Shown here one piece after another: positions 50,836-64,000 of a DNA stretch of 64,000 nt (position 1 is the stretch's first letter; each line of letters starts with the position of its first letter). Made by a program: the position numbers and the translations under genes. The notes beneath the pieces are model-generated. The model was given only the letters and a program-made list of their open reading frames with translations, was not told the DNA's origin and ran no database searches. This stretch comes from Mytilus edulis (Eukaryota), in assembly GCF_963676685.1 (NCBI RefSeq), contig NC_092346.1, forward strand, positions 99,820,001 through 99,884,000. The letters run 5' to 3'.

Positions 50836-52209
50836 ATAAGGCTATACTTTTGTTAAGTTATTTAATATTTATCTGTATTGTTGATATTAAATGCATCTTA
50901 AAGTAAATATAAGTAGATTTTTTTTAACGAGTCTTATTCCTACAAACATAAATATAGAGAGTTACGTGTATACAAAACACACAGACACTTTCACAGGCCA
51001 AACACGTATTTCCTTATATAACCCTTTTTATCCAACTCTTTAATTTACCAGAGTGACCAACCTTACAAGGGTGAAGACAGGAAACCAGAGTACCACGAAA
51101 CCAGAGTACCACCCTACCAAAGAAGGGTGACCAGTAATAACTTTTATTTAACATATTTTTATACATTCTTACTAAAACGTTCGTATAGCAACTCACTAAG
51201 GGATACATATAAATAGTTTAATACTTAGGCCCGACCGCTCAGTTTTCGTTACAGTACCTGGATACAAAACAGAAAGACGAAAGATACCAGATTGACATTC
51301 AAACTCATAAACTGACAGCGACTTGGTTAAAAAAAGAAAAGACAAACAGAAAAATAATAATAGACAAATACAACAATAATAAAAACTAAAGACTGTATAA
51401 TACAAACCCCACAGAAAACTTGGGGTAATTCGGTAAGGTCCTGCTCGTTTTGCTCATATTAGTACACAGCCGGTAATATAAAGTCTAATTCGGTAGGTTA
51501 CATTCGGGAAAAGGGGACAGGATTGTAGCTACGACATTAAAAACATATCCGCTATCACCGGCGAAACGGGTACTAGTATTCCATAATGGTCATGACGGTC
51601 AATTAGGACGGAGGAAGTTGTATGTGCACATTATATAATCTTTACATTGTCACCATTTCGATCCTTTTGTTTCCGCATAATCAAGAATAACTGACAACAG
51701 GAAATTCAGGTGGGTCTTCGCATTATTTATTATGTTGCTCTTTCTAGCGGAAAGTAAGAGAATTATAAAATAAATTACAGATACAATGATATAAAATTTT
51801 ATCTCCAATTTGATTGCAAATATTGATTTTTTTGTTGTTTTCTACATATCAAGTTGTTCTTCTATCGTACAACTGCCCCTTTTCCATGTTTTAGTGATTC
51901 GGGTTCCTGTAATATTGAGTGGAATTTGTACGAACGTTCGTTTGATATTTTTTAAAATAAGTCTTGTTGTCAATCTGTGATGTTTACACATACAGAGTGT
52001 ATTGGGTTGCAGGATCCGAATTATTGTCAAATCAACCTATTGCAGATGGATGCAGTCCGATATTAGCTTGTACAACAGTTAACAAAGAACAGTCATAAGG
52101 AGCTGATACTGCTCTCGAAGTTAACTTTAGAAAAGTAGCCCTGCCAGTAAATTTCATTCTTATAATATCAGACCAGAACTGTTTTTAGGACTGCTAAAAT
52201 GCAGATAAT

Positions 52210-52950
52210 AAATAAACTCATCATAGTCATAGCCGACCGTGCAAGGGCTGAATAGCCAGTCAAGGTCGTTAAAAACTTCCATTTGTTGTTGTAGATACCA
52301 GAATTGAAATTTGGTAATATTCCAAAAAGTTAAAAAGGCAAAATAAAGTACGAAGTTGGAAGAGCATTCAGGACAAATACAGCTAATATATAAGGTAATC
52401 TATTCCGGAGGAAGAAAAGCCTAAGTATTTCAAAAATCAATGTTTTGTAACAGTTAATTTATAATTATGACCATATCAATGATAATTCATGTCACCACAG
52501 AAGTGCTCACTACTAGGCTGGTGATACCATCGTAGAATAAAAACTCCACAGCAGTAGCATCGACCCAGTGGTTGTAAATAAACTCGTCATATTAAGGGAG
52601 CTACCATTTAATTTTTATGGGGGGCTAGGATGAAATTTGAAAAAAATAGGCAGGACAGGAGTTTTGAGTAAAAAAAAAAGGCAGGATGAGTCACTTGCAA
52701 AAAAAAAGTCAGGACGACAATTTAGGTAAAAAAAAAGTCAGGATAAACTAAAAAAAAAAAAAAAAGGCAGGACCGAACAGAGTGAAAAATAAAAAGGCAG
52801 GACAGAGATTACAGCTAAAAAAAATGCAGGACAAAAATTTTCCTCCTAGCCCTCCCATAAAAATCAAATGGTAGCTCCCTAATACCAGGATGGAAATTTT
52901 GTAATTCGCATCAAACGCTGATTTTGTTTTTAAAAAAGACTAATCAGGAT
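52210..52950 (-). mobile_element. Decayed retrozyme-family copy
   Basis: Colinear with 35804-36218 (aaggtaatctattc, agaaaagcct, ccatatcaatgataa, cagaagtgct, gcatcgac.cagt). One hammerhead is deleted, the other degenerate; interrupted by a MITE. Confidence 0.75.
52596..52879. mobile_element. PIF/Harbinger (Tourist-like) MITE
   Basis: TAA|gggagctaccattt..aaatggtagctccc|TAA, ~45-bp imperfect TIR; internal aaaaaggcaggac repeats. Confidence 0.88.
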
Positions 52951-53636
52951 ACAAAACGAGGACAGGTTTCGTTATAAATTTCATGTGTTTAAAGCGCACA
53001 GACAATGTTCAAATTATACTCTACAGTACTATGTACGTAAATCTAATAGGATTTTAATTTTCAAAATTCAATTATGTACATATATACCTTGTGTTTACGA
53101 TGTATTCGTCACGTGTGTCATGTGTGTATCATTGAAGTTTTCCTGTGAGCTATTTATAACTTTATATACAGGTAAAACATGGATATTTTTGTCCATATGA
53201 TATGTTGTCGTATTTGTTTTCGCAGATTTTTATTTTGTTTTTAAAAATCTGAGTAAATAGCTAAAAAAAGCCGAACGAAGCCCGAAAAAAGATTGATACG
53301 AATCTATTTAAAAAGAATAATGATGTTTTACGACTTAACCCGTTAACAATCCGCTTTGATTTGATTGATGGTTTTTGAACGCCACTTTCAGCATTATAGT
53401 ACTTTATCGTGACACTTCTACTTCTACTTAGTTCGACGTTAGTTTTCCTTTTGATAAAATTTTATTTAAATACTAGTATGTACAATAAACAATTCACTAG
53501 ACAGTACTAGATGTCACAAACGGACAGTTAAATGTAGACAGTTAAAATAATTTCAGCATTTTTGCCTGATTATCTTTTACAGTAATAACAGGATTGTCTG
53601 ACATAAAATGTTTTTTTTCTTAAATATAACTATGCT

Positions 53637-54310
53637 AATCTCCATAGTTGTTGTGAGACGTTTAGACATTTGTTACAAACTCTGTATGTAACGCCATTTG
53701 GTCCGGGTATTGATGCTGCTCTTTAAAGTTGGCATCACTTCATGAAGTTTGGGTTCTGACATATCAAACTCTATTGCTGGCTCATCTGGACTTATCAATC
53801 TGTGTTGGTCTTCAATGTCTTGTTCTCTGTCTGGATCACTATAAGTTTCTCTCAAATATTGTTCAACCTCTTCTTTTTGGCGATCTAACCGGTCCGATCT
53901 TTTATCTCCTAAAAGCTTTTTTACAAAGCCAAATGGATTAGGTGTTAATTGTTATGTCTTTCTTGCTCTTTCCCTTTTGTTCATTTTAAGGTTCTCTGCT
54001 CTCCTCAGTGTTTGTATTCTTTCCCTGTTGACATCTCTTAGCTCTTTTAATGCCTTTTGTTCGTGTAACTCTGCTTTCTTTCTTGAGGCACTTTGTTAAG
54101 TTTTGTTGTTCTCTCCTCAGTTTGGCAATGTCACTTTCTCTTCTGTTCTCTTCCATGGCCTGACTCTTAACTTTCTTCTGTTCTTCCATTCCAAACCTGT
54201 CTTTCCCCATTGCGAAGATAATGGTAATCATTGCTTTGATCTTTCTGTCTACATCTCCTGCCGATGCCGATTGTATCTCAATCCACGTCACATTTTGCAA
54301 AAGATAACCA
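53637..54310 (-). mobile_element. Decayed non-LTR retrotransposon fragment (HERO-like, region just upstream of the RT core)
   Basis: Frameshifted translation ENRRESDIAKLRRE.., EEVEQYLRETYSDPDREQ..EPKLHEV.., RAASIPGPNGVTYRVCNKC..LWRL matches the APGPNG..Y..YK.CP..LW motif of non-LTR RTs. Confidence 0.75.
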
Positions 54311-55469
54311 TCATATGTCTTTTTCTTTTCATTTTAGGAAAAACTGCAACGCAGGAAATGGCTATGACAGGGCAAAAAAGTAATTTTAATGTAATGGCTT
54401 TGCAAAATTAAAATTTTAGTCTACAGTTATGCCGGCCCTTTTCTTGATTTGACACTCCACTATTATAGTACTCGGGTTTTACCTTTACAGTTAAAATCTT
54501 CCAATCAATAGGACCGGGTCAAATTATACTGTATTGAATACTTCTATTTGTATGTCAACACCGTCTCATATTTCAATACACTTTTCTTATTTACAAAAGA
54601 ATAACAAACCTGAGGTTATATAAAAGCTTTCGTTCGGCCAAGTATATTAAAAAAAAGTTTGAATAACAAGTTTTATTCCAATGTTGGTATTCATCAATAA
54701 TTTTAATGTGTAATAAATCAGTTTGTCACCCCCCCCCCCCCCCCCTCCCCACTACTACCACTACAATGAAAAAAAATATCATTCAAAAGTGCAATATTTG
54801 AAGTGTTCCAACTCTTAAAAAGGAAATGAAAATTTAAGAAAATTGTAAAAACTACTACCATTCCACCTAATGACTTAATATTCAGTGTATGCGTCATATG
54901 TCATATGATTTATTATCATAAAACACACTATAAATATACAAGGTTAATATTTAGAGCGGCTTTATTGATCTGTTAAAGCACGGGAGAAAAAGGTATGTTG
55001 AAATTAAAGAAAACCATTTACATAATACTGTTACAGTGAAAAAGCCTAAAAAGGACAGATATATGTGGTATTCTGTTATGGAATTTTCACTTGAAAAATA
55101 AAACCGTTTTCTTAAGGAAATTGTGAACATATACATCTAACATATTTTTGCAAACTAACTACAAAATAAAGCTGAGTCAGCTATTTGTTTTTTAAAGAAG
55201 GTGGTGTTGATGGAAGCTGTGTTTAAATATCTGTTAAATTCATTTATGAGTTTGTTTAGATCAATTTTAAGATTGACATATCGTATAGACATTTATTTAT
55301 GATAAAAGTTCATATTTAATATCCCCCCATTTTCATCTTTTATTTATCTGCAGTGTATAAGTATCCTTTTTGTGAGGAAAAGTGGATATATAAGAAGACG
55401 TTATCTATGTTTTTCTGTTTGTTTGCGGTGTTTCATTCACCTTAATTGATCTCTTGGTTTTACAGGAAA

Positions 55470-58400
55470 ATGAGTAAACGTAGCCGTGACCCAGCGATAA
55501 ATAAACTGAGAGAGGTGAAAGCAGAAGCCGAATCCCTGGGAATACCTGAGACAATTATCAATGGGTTACAGGCAGTTGATGATTTGGCAACGGTAATTAA
55601 CATATGAACTTAAAGTGATGATACCTCTAACATGTCCATACATTGTACTTTCTCTAGATTAAATGTCAGCATCGTGTTATTCCGAATAAATCAATAAGGT
55701 TAGTTATTAAAGATTTTGTTATTTGACAAATTGTTAGTTGGCAATCTATAAAGATAAAGCCGCGGTTGTTTTCCTAAAAATATGTTCCTGTTTAATGTAA
55801 TCACTTCTTGGAAAAAGAAAATAAAAGATAGAGGACCTTATTAAAAAAACCAGTTCCTTCAAGTGAGACAAATATTTTGAATATACATTTTCATTTTCTT
55901 TTTGTATTATATAAAAGGATAAGCCAGAATGACACATCGTTCCTTTTAAGTCAAGGATAAGCAACATGGCCAGAACCGGGAGATATATCTTTAAAAGCTC
56001 TTCAATGCAGTGAGAGAAAACAAAACAAATATACTACTAGTCGTGTAGGAAGATACGGTACATTTTTACACAGTATATGTATTTTATGTTCATACATATC
56101 TGAAATCGATTTCTTCACCTGTTTTTTTATTGAAAGGCTCGGGAAGATTATTGCGACAGTAAGACGTCGACAGCAAGTGAGCCAATGGCAGCACTGATAA
56201 AAGATACTTTTGAACATCCCTGGCAGAATGTATACAAAGAAGGGAAAACGACATGGAATATCACCCCTAGAATGATGTCAGGAAATCTTGAGGGTAAAAT
56301 ACAAGCAAAGATAAAAACCAAATAAATCACTTTTTTGGATATCTGAATAGTAGAGCGATACTTCATTGAATTATTGCTTTCGGTTTAATATTAAGCGAGC
56401 GTTACACATACTGAAAAGAAAAAGAAAACGCAAACAGATAAAAAAAGAAACTAGCAATTAAACATAAACAAGCAGAGAGAGCGAGAGAGATGTAGATCAG
56501 TTCCTATTCATTGAATTTGTTCTATGTTTGTTTGGTCCACACTGCATGATTGCTTTTATACATTGCTTTTATCAAGCTTATTATAACAAATGTTGTCATT
56601 CAAAGTTTATGTTTTACCAAATCTAGTAAATTTGAAATGATGTCAATTTCAACTACTAACATTTTCATTTTCTTTTTTTAGGATATGTTTTAAAATTCTT
56701 AGTCAGTGCTTCTAAATCCAAAAACGTTCTTGAGGTGGGTATGTTTACTGGATGTGCAGCCTTAGGAATGGCAGAAGTTATGCCGGATGACGGGAAGGTC
56801 GTCACTTGTGAAATTGATCCATACCTAGTTGACCTAGCTAGAAAATTGATGGACAGGTCGCCACATGGAAAGAAGGTCGAAATTCTTACTGGTAAGGCTG
56901 TGTATACATCAAACAATTAGCTATGGATTCAATGGAAATATTAAAGGCATTAATTTTCTCAATTGCAGGGGCAGATCCAGGATTCTGGAAAGGGGGGCGA
57001 AGTTTTTAAATTCGCCGAGCGGAGCGAGACGGAAAATTTTTCGGACCTTTTTTTGGCTAAAAAAACATGAAATAAGTGTAATATGCACTTTTAAAACGAC
57101 ATTTGGAACACCATTACACGTTCAAAAAGTGTTACAAAAAAGCGTTCAAGCAGTGTTCTATTTATTAACACTTAGATTTACAGTGTGGCGTGGTGCATGT
57201 ATATTTTGTAGTTCCTGAAAGGTGTAAGGGTTGGACATTTTCGATGCTGTATTCTCCTTATTAATTGTTTATCACAAAATGATAGTATGTTTCAAGCTAT
57301 TTACTGATAAATTTGATGTGGGACTTTTCAGTAAAAAAAGACATGGAAAATTCTCGCTGGTTTGCTGTAAGTTAAGTTATGATAACCTCACAGATTTCTT
57401 GGGCTATTCGATAAAATTTACAATACGACGGACACGAGCTAAAAAAGACAAACAAGCAATATTTATCCAAATGTTTGGTTGATATGTTTCACCCAACAAA
57501 ATTAAGGGATGTGAGGGATTCCAAATCAACCAAAAGCTACGAATGAGTCTGAAATCATCGGACAACGATTATATGAAAGACGGTAGAAAAATGTAGACAT
57601 TAAGGCCACTTCCAGCAGCAGGTTGTAGTCTGGTCTTGAAAAAAAATATTCAATATATCATTTCGGCGAAACAGACATTCCGGTCAGACATCGCGGCAAA
57701 CCCCGGCCAAAAAAAAAACTTGAAAACGTCCGTTTTAATCTTTTATGTTCATTTAATGCTTAATAATTCTGTTGGATATTCGTTTCTAATAGCAAAAAAA
57801 TGGACAAGATTATTGTTTTCAATCCAGATATGGCCAGAATTTTTGTTTAATGCAAAGATTAGAGTCAATTTTTTATCTCTCAAATATCTCAGACTGCCTC
57901 CTCAAATCAAATGGTTCGTACCTTAGAATTTAAATCTATCTAGAGATAATACTGACTGGGGATCATTATTCAGCTGTTATTTTAAAATATTATAGGATGC
58001 CGATCATGGGGCGTTACGAGTTAAATAATAACTGAGTGACGTTTTTTCGACGCACTGGTCAACTCCACTATAGTGAATCACATGACTTTCAGTTAGTATA
58101 CACCAGCGAAACATATCTTTTTAAAGTAAAGAATTGTCACATACACGGGAAATGGCAAAGTTCACGTCGTCTAGTCTGATTAATCTTTAAACTTTTACAC
58201 ACAAAAAAAAAAGTCCAAGCAAAAGGGGGGCGGGCGTACGCCCTCTACGCCCCCCTCTGGATCCACCACTGAATTGTATTCAGGGTAAATTAAAACAGGT
58301 GCTGTGTTGCGTTTCCACAAGTTTCACCTCATGATCGTATATTATGAAAATAGGCACGAGCAATTATTTCAGTCTTTTATCTTTTTAATGAAATTTGTGT

Positions 58401-60312
58401 AAAATCAGAAACAATGAATTTGAGAACGTAAAATTGTGCGAACATTGGACACTTCTTGTACATGTTGCTGCATCTTATTCCATTTTGCTATTATTTTGAT
58501 TTGAATGAAGGTGTTTCAAATTATACATGTATCTAATGAAAAAGGCTTTTTACGTTTAAGGAATTGAAAAAAAAATCTAACGATTAATGTTCTATCTATT
58601 TAGAACCTAAACTTGAATCTTGATTTTGTTTAAACATCTTGATAAATTTTAAAACATGTAAATACAGTCATTTCTTTTGTCGTTTAGAAATGAGCAGTCA
58701 ATATATGGTAGTACATTCTTTCTTTTCATGTCATGTTTGTGTTATGTATACATGCTCTAATAATATAAATGTAAAACAGGCATTTCTAACTTCATTTATA
58801 CTGCAATTAGTCGTGTTTATTTTATAATATAGTAACACAGCTTTATTTTGTGCAATGTCAATTTCATCATGGAACACTTTTTCCATAGTCAGGGGTTTAT
58901 TAAGCAATGAAAATAAGTTTGAAATTTGCGTAATAATTCAAAGAGCTATGAATTTATTCATTTATGTTGCAGTATAAAAACAATATTAGGTCAATGTCAG
59001 AACAATATAAACATTTTTGTAATCGGCGCAAAACTGGGGAAGCCATCAATACATTTATCTTACTTCTCTCTATGAATTTGACCTCCCGAATAGTAGAACA
59101 GTTATGATTTGTTTTAACTTTAATAAGTTTTTTCTTACTATATGTCGTTTTAGGTCCAGCAATAGAGAGTCTAAATGGTTTGGCTAAGAAAAATCAGAAG
59201 TTTGATTTCATCTTCATAGACGCTGATAAACCGGGTTATTGTGATTATTTTAATGTAAGTGTATCATGTGTAACAAGGAAAAGATAATTTATAAAGCAAA
59301 ATGAAAAAAACTAACATCATATTTGATACATCGTTAAAAAGATCTAATCATCAAATAATACTTATAGAATGGTCATAATTACATGTGACTTTATTTTATA
59401 AACCGATTTCAGTTTAATATTTGACTTCGTATTTACATTTATGCACCTTTACTTTTTTGTTACAATATAACTTCCATGCCACAGTTCAGATATATGTAAT
59501 TTACATTTATTTGATTATATTTCAAGATATGCTTCTCCGAACTTCTGGCCCCCGGAGGTACTATTGCAATGGACAATGCCTTATTTGGAGGTAAACCGTA
59601 TATGACAGATTCGACACCAAACGAAGGCGTTACCAAGTTTAACAACATGATCGTGACAAGAAAGGATATTTATTATGTACGTAACTATAACTAACTCATT
59701 GTTCAAGGTAAAAAAAAAAATATCAGCAATAAATACTCAAAACCATGCTTTACTCAAAATACATACTATCAGGATGATGTGAATACTTAAATTTTCGAAA
59801 ATCTGCCAGATAACATATAACCAAATGTTTACTCTCCAAAATACCTACAGATATTGTGTTGACGTTTAGTATGCAGTAGATTTAATAAAATTACAATATA
59901 TATGATATGTCATGTCAGAACACGAACACAGACTAGGCTGGTCAAATGCCTCGACCCGGCGTTTGTCATGTCAAAACACGAGTACAGACTACGCTGGTTA
60001 TATGCCTCGACCCAGAGTTTGAATTAAACTATCAAATAAAAAACTTGATGCTGACGTATAGTATAGTCAATGAACTAGATCTATTGAATATTGATGCAAA
60101 CAGGATGGAGTTATAGATGACTTTAAAAAAATTGAACCTGCTTCATTTACATTGTTTTGTTACATCATAATTTTTACACGTGCCTCCACCCCGAATAACA
60201 AAATCTTTAATAACATATATTGGTACTGTCTGCATTTTTGTAGGTTTTGATGCCTATAAGGGATGGTATTATGCTGATCAGGAGAAAAGAGGACATGAAT
60301 GGAACCGTTTAA
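55470..60312 (+). CDS. Class I SAM O-methyltransferase, OMT-2, MysB/CCoAOMT-like, 269 aa
   Basis: Exons 55470-55592, 56137-56293, 56682-56891, 59154-59254, 59527-59676, 60244-60312 (810 nt). Motifs MMSGNLEG, VLEVGMFTGCAALGMAE, CEIDPY, SPHGKK, FDFIFIDADKPGY, LLAPGGTIAMDN, MPIRDG. An acceptor 4 nt before the ATG implies an upstream non-coding exon. Confidence 0.94.
56966..58271. mobile_element. Non-autonomous DNA transposon with a 5-bp target duplication (hAT5-like), in an OMT-2 intron
   Basis: AATTG|caggggcagatccag...ctggatccaccactg|AATTG. Confidence 0.8.
59908..60020. repeat. 56-bp direct duplication in the last intron of OMT-2
   Basis: tgtcatgtca.aacacga..acagacta.gctggt.a.atgcctcgaccc occurs twice. 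Confidence 0.8.
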
Positions 60313-62300
60313 TATAAGCTTATATAAGAGAAAAGAGCAAGCAAGCATTAACTACATGTTGTTAATTGGCACGTATCTTTCAAGCAGATATTGTGTAATG
60401 GTTTTAAGCAACTTGTTTTGCCGTTTAAAAGACGATTTTAGTTTTATATTTTTCTTTTATTAAATGGCTTGTATTAACATTCTGTCTGTAAGTGATAATG
60501 GGATATTGCTACAATAAAAAGAAAGATTACAATTATTTGTTGTTTTTTTTTTTATAATAACACAATGTTGACCTCAATTTCATTTTTACCAATTATGTCT
60601 GTTTGTTTTGTTCTACGTAAGAAAATGCCTAATCATACCAAGACAGGAATCTCAGTTGTTGTCCATTCGTTTGATGTGTTTGATCATTTGATTTTGTCAT
60701 TTAGTTACAGTTTCCGTTTCGTTTTTTTGTTATTTTATTTTTTGTCAAATAATGTCCGGGAACCAGTCTAAATAACTCCGTACCTGACTACAATAGATTT
60801 TGGTGTGGTGTTGTTGAAAATTTAGTCTCACGAGACGTGAGGACGGTGAGGTAGAGGAATCTGTCCCTGTTATTTTCCTATTTTTTGTATGGTTTTTTTT
60901 TTGCAATCTTTTTGCATGATTCTCTATGACTAAATGTTTTCCATTGCCCATTCGAATTAAAATATAGATTTCTGTTTCGTTATACTACATATGAGTATAA
61001 CGTAATCAGGGATCTATATTTTAATTAGAATGTCTATTGCCCTGACTCTCGGAATCTTACTTGCTTTTTTTATCTTAATATTTAGGTGGGTATCAAGATT
61101 TTGTTGCTATATAGATATCAATTGATACAAATCTTAATCATGAAAAGAATATATTAACCTAAGGGTCCCTTTTGGTTTCTTCTATAATTAAAAAAAGTAA
61201 AATAACAAAAATGTATTTTGAGTCATATTGGCGATCATGCATGGTGTCTGCTCTATGGTCGAATTGTTGTCTCTTTGACACATTCCCCATATCCATTCTC
61301 AATTTTGTTTAACAGATTGTGCCCCAATAACTCCATAATACATTTATGAACCTTTCTACATTGACCTACAATGGTTTACTTTTATAAATTTGTTATTTGG
61401 ATGGAGAGTTGTCTCATTGGCACTAACAACACATCTTCCTATATCTATTGTAAGACAATTTTATAAAAAATGCACATTAACAAACAACAGAAAACGGCGA
61501 CAAGGCTAGTAACAGTCCAAAACCAAACGCAGAAAACTGATCAACATTCAACTCATAAAAAAGGGGGAAGCATACTCAGTGAATTCAGATCGTTTCGAAG
61601 GTTTTGCTCAACTACTGACGCTCATGTAAAAAAAAATCCTATCGTTTGATGAGGCGTTATACAACAGACTTTTAGATAAGTACAAATACGTAAAATTAAA
61701 TGAAGGTAGATTAAGAAAAGCGCCTCAAACGTACCATTATAGAGTTACATTGTCATGGTTTGTACTCATATCATGAGTTTGTCAAGTGTTTTCGAATGAG
61801 CTCTACTAAAACTAATGGACGATGCTTTAAAACTTTAAAAAGTAAATTAACAAAAATATCGAGCTCCAAGAGAAATTCAAAACGGAAAGTCCTTCATAAT
61901 GGCAACATCAAAAGTTCAATCACATCAAACAGGCACATTAAACCAGACATATATATACATTTTGTAACACCAGAAAATACTTATAACAAAAAAAATATCA
62001 AAAGAATCTCCAAACCTTTTTAAAAGAGCACCCAATTACCTTGGAAAAACTAATGACGGCAAATCCCCTTTCGAAAAAACAAAAACAATAAAATAAAACT
62101 TTCATAGCCAGATTTGATAAGATATATTTTGAAAATATTGTAGAATAATTATAAAATACTCCACAAGTTTACAGCTACATTTATGTGTATAGTGATTAAT
62201 TAAATTTAGAACAAATGTATACATAATAAAAAGTTAAAAAGGTTATGTCATGCAACTGTATCGGCTCAATCAATAACTTCACATCTGACTTGAAAAATCT

Positions 62301-63424
62301 TCACCCGTTCATATCTTCCTTTCTCCTTACAAGCATTATTCCATCTCTCACTGGCATTAACACCTAAAAGAAATGTTTTTTTTTCTCAATTAGAATTATT
62401 AAGTTGACACCTAGTATACTACATTTTTATCATACGTGGTTCATTTTGTATCGCCAGGCTGTGCAAAAAAAAATAAACAACAAAAAAGGTAAGCCAGAAC
62501 TAAATACATTAAAATTTATTCAAAACTTAATAAATATCTTTAAAAACAATGCGACTCTTTGAATTTACATATCAGTGTTCATTTAGAAAACATATAGTAA
62601 GAAAAAACTTATGAAAACATTTACTCCAACATTTCCTGCTTATATATAATAGATACATTGTAACAAAATAACACGTTCATGTAAAATGTTGTATGTATAT
62701 ATTTTTGTAACTTTCTTAGTCTCTGTAAGTACTTGAAATTTTTACTGTTGATTTTTTTTTTAAACTAACCTGAACAAGTGTTTACAACTTTCACATGTAA
62801 CTTTAATTCATACGTGTACATATGCATTCTCAACAGGAAACATTTACCCTGTCGACTGACCACGCTCGTTTAGAAGTTCATGCAATGTTCGATGTGTTGA
62901 AGACCTATTGGTGGTCTTGGGCTGTTTTCTATAATTTAGTCGGTTAGTTGTCTCTTTGACATGTCCCCCTTTCAATAGTCGGTTAATTGTCTCTTTGACA
63001 TGTTCCCCCTTTCAATAGTCGATTTTAATTACTCCAGTTTTTAGTTTGATTTGTATTTATGCGATGAACTACTGTTGCCTCTCATTTGAAGATCATTTAA
63101 TCTCCATAGATAGCTTTTCATTTGTAATCATATCATTTCTCTTATTTATGTTAAAGTATCCATTTTCTGCGTTCAAATTATGTACATAGGTCAATGCATT
63201 ATTGGTGCATGATAATTTATTCAAATTTCAATGGCAACTTTTTCTTGTTTCACAATTAATGAATGAATACGTACATGATAAACATCATTCCTGGTCATTA
63301 GCATATCGTTAAATCTTTTGATTGGTTCGTCGTCAGGACATTCTTTTAAATACGGTTTTCCATAGTGTAATGCGTTGTCCAGAGCGATAGTACCACCTGG
63401 TGCTAGAAGGTCTTTTATCGATAC
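62301..63424 (-). CDS. Class I O-methyltransferase OMT-3, last two exons (gene continues beyond the window)
   Basis: Exons 63424-63275 (VSIKDLLAPGGTIALDNALHYGKPYLKECPDDEPIKRFNDMLMTRNDVYH) and 62363-62301 (VLMPVRDGIMLVRRKEDMNG*); same phases as OMT-1 and OMT-2. Confidence 0.92.
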
Positions 63425-64000
63425 CTAAAAAATATTTATACAGAGAAATGAAGCATTATGTAAAAATGTATAACATTGCATATATAAAATAAAAAGGCTT
63501 GCGTTTACTCGCTATGTAAAAATAAAAGTTAAATGCCTCTTTTGGGTGACTTCATAGAAATTTAAAAGTCATTGCATTTCCATAAATGACTTTAACATTG
63601 TGGTTAACTTTTTAATCAGGCTGGGACAAAAATAAGCCAACGTTCATACAATCGTTCGTGAAATTACCATTGTAGACGCTATAACTATATATAGCTACAT
63701 ACAAAGATCATTTCCCTATTAAAACCGGTGCTGATTTCATGGACTGACAATCGTGGTTTTTTTTTTAAATGTAAATATTGTTTAATTAGTCTTTGCCATT
63801 TTTTTTTATAGTTTTAGAACGAGAAAAAGGTTTGCCAATTATTTTAACAAACTCCGGACTATGTCAAATTGCCTGTTCCAAGACAAGATCTCAAATAAGT
63901 TTATTTGTTTGTGTTACAAATGTGTATCACATTTGTTGTCTTTGGTATTCTTATTTATTTTATTTGCATTCATACTACAAGCACTTCTCCTCATTTTATG

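Overview
AT-rich, intron-containing eukaryotic DNA. The repeat families suggest a bivalve, probably a mytilid mussel; this is an inference from recall, not a search. Exons were assembled by hand from GT-AG sites with consistent phases. (1) The last 12 coding exons of a receptor-type guanylyl cyclase (+, 64-10562). (2) Three copies of an unannotated-looking 4-exon gene (-) for a 120-aa single-pass membrane protein: signal peptide, a tiny six-cysteine (C-C-CC-C-C, granulin/knottin-like) ectodomain, a TM helix and a PDZ-ligand-like tail. Copies 2 and 3 lie in a ~7.1-kb tandem duplication whose junction is exactly a DNA-transposon end. (3) Three intron-containing class I O-methyltransferases (-, +, - partial) whose signatures resemble the mycosporine-pathway enzyme MysB more than COMT/CCoAOMT. 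Non-coding highlights: minimal type I hammerhead ribozymes, including a 360-nt retrozyme-like monomer; a tRNA-headed, highly structured 442-bp unit arranged in tandem and as a ~600-bp palindrome; and a ~35-unit satellite made of repeated splice-acceptor modules directly in front of an OMT exon. There are also many MITE/HINE-type insertions, a decayed HERO-like retrotransposon fragment and one 227-N gap.
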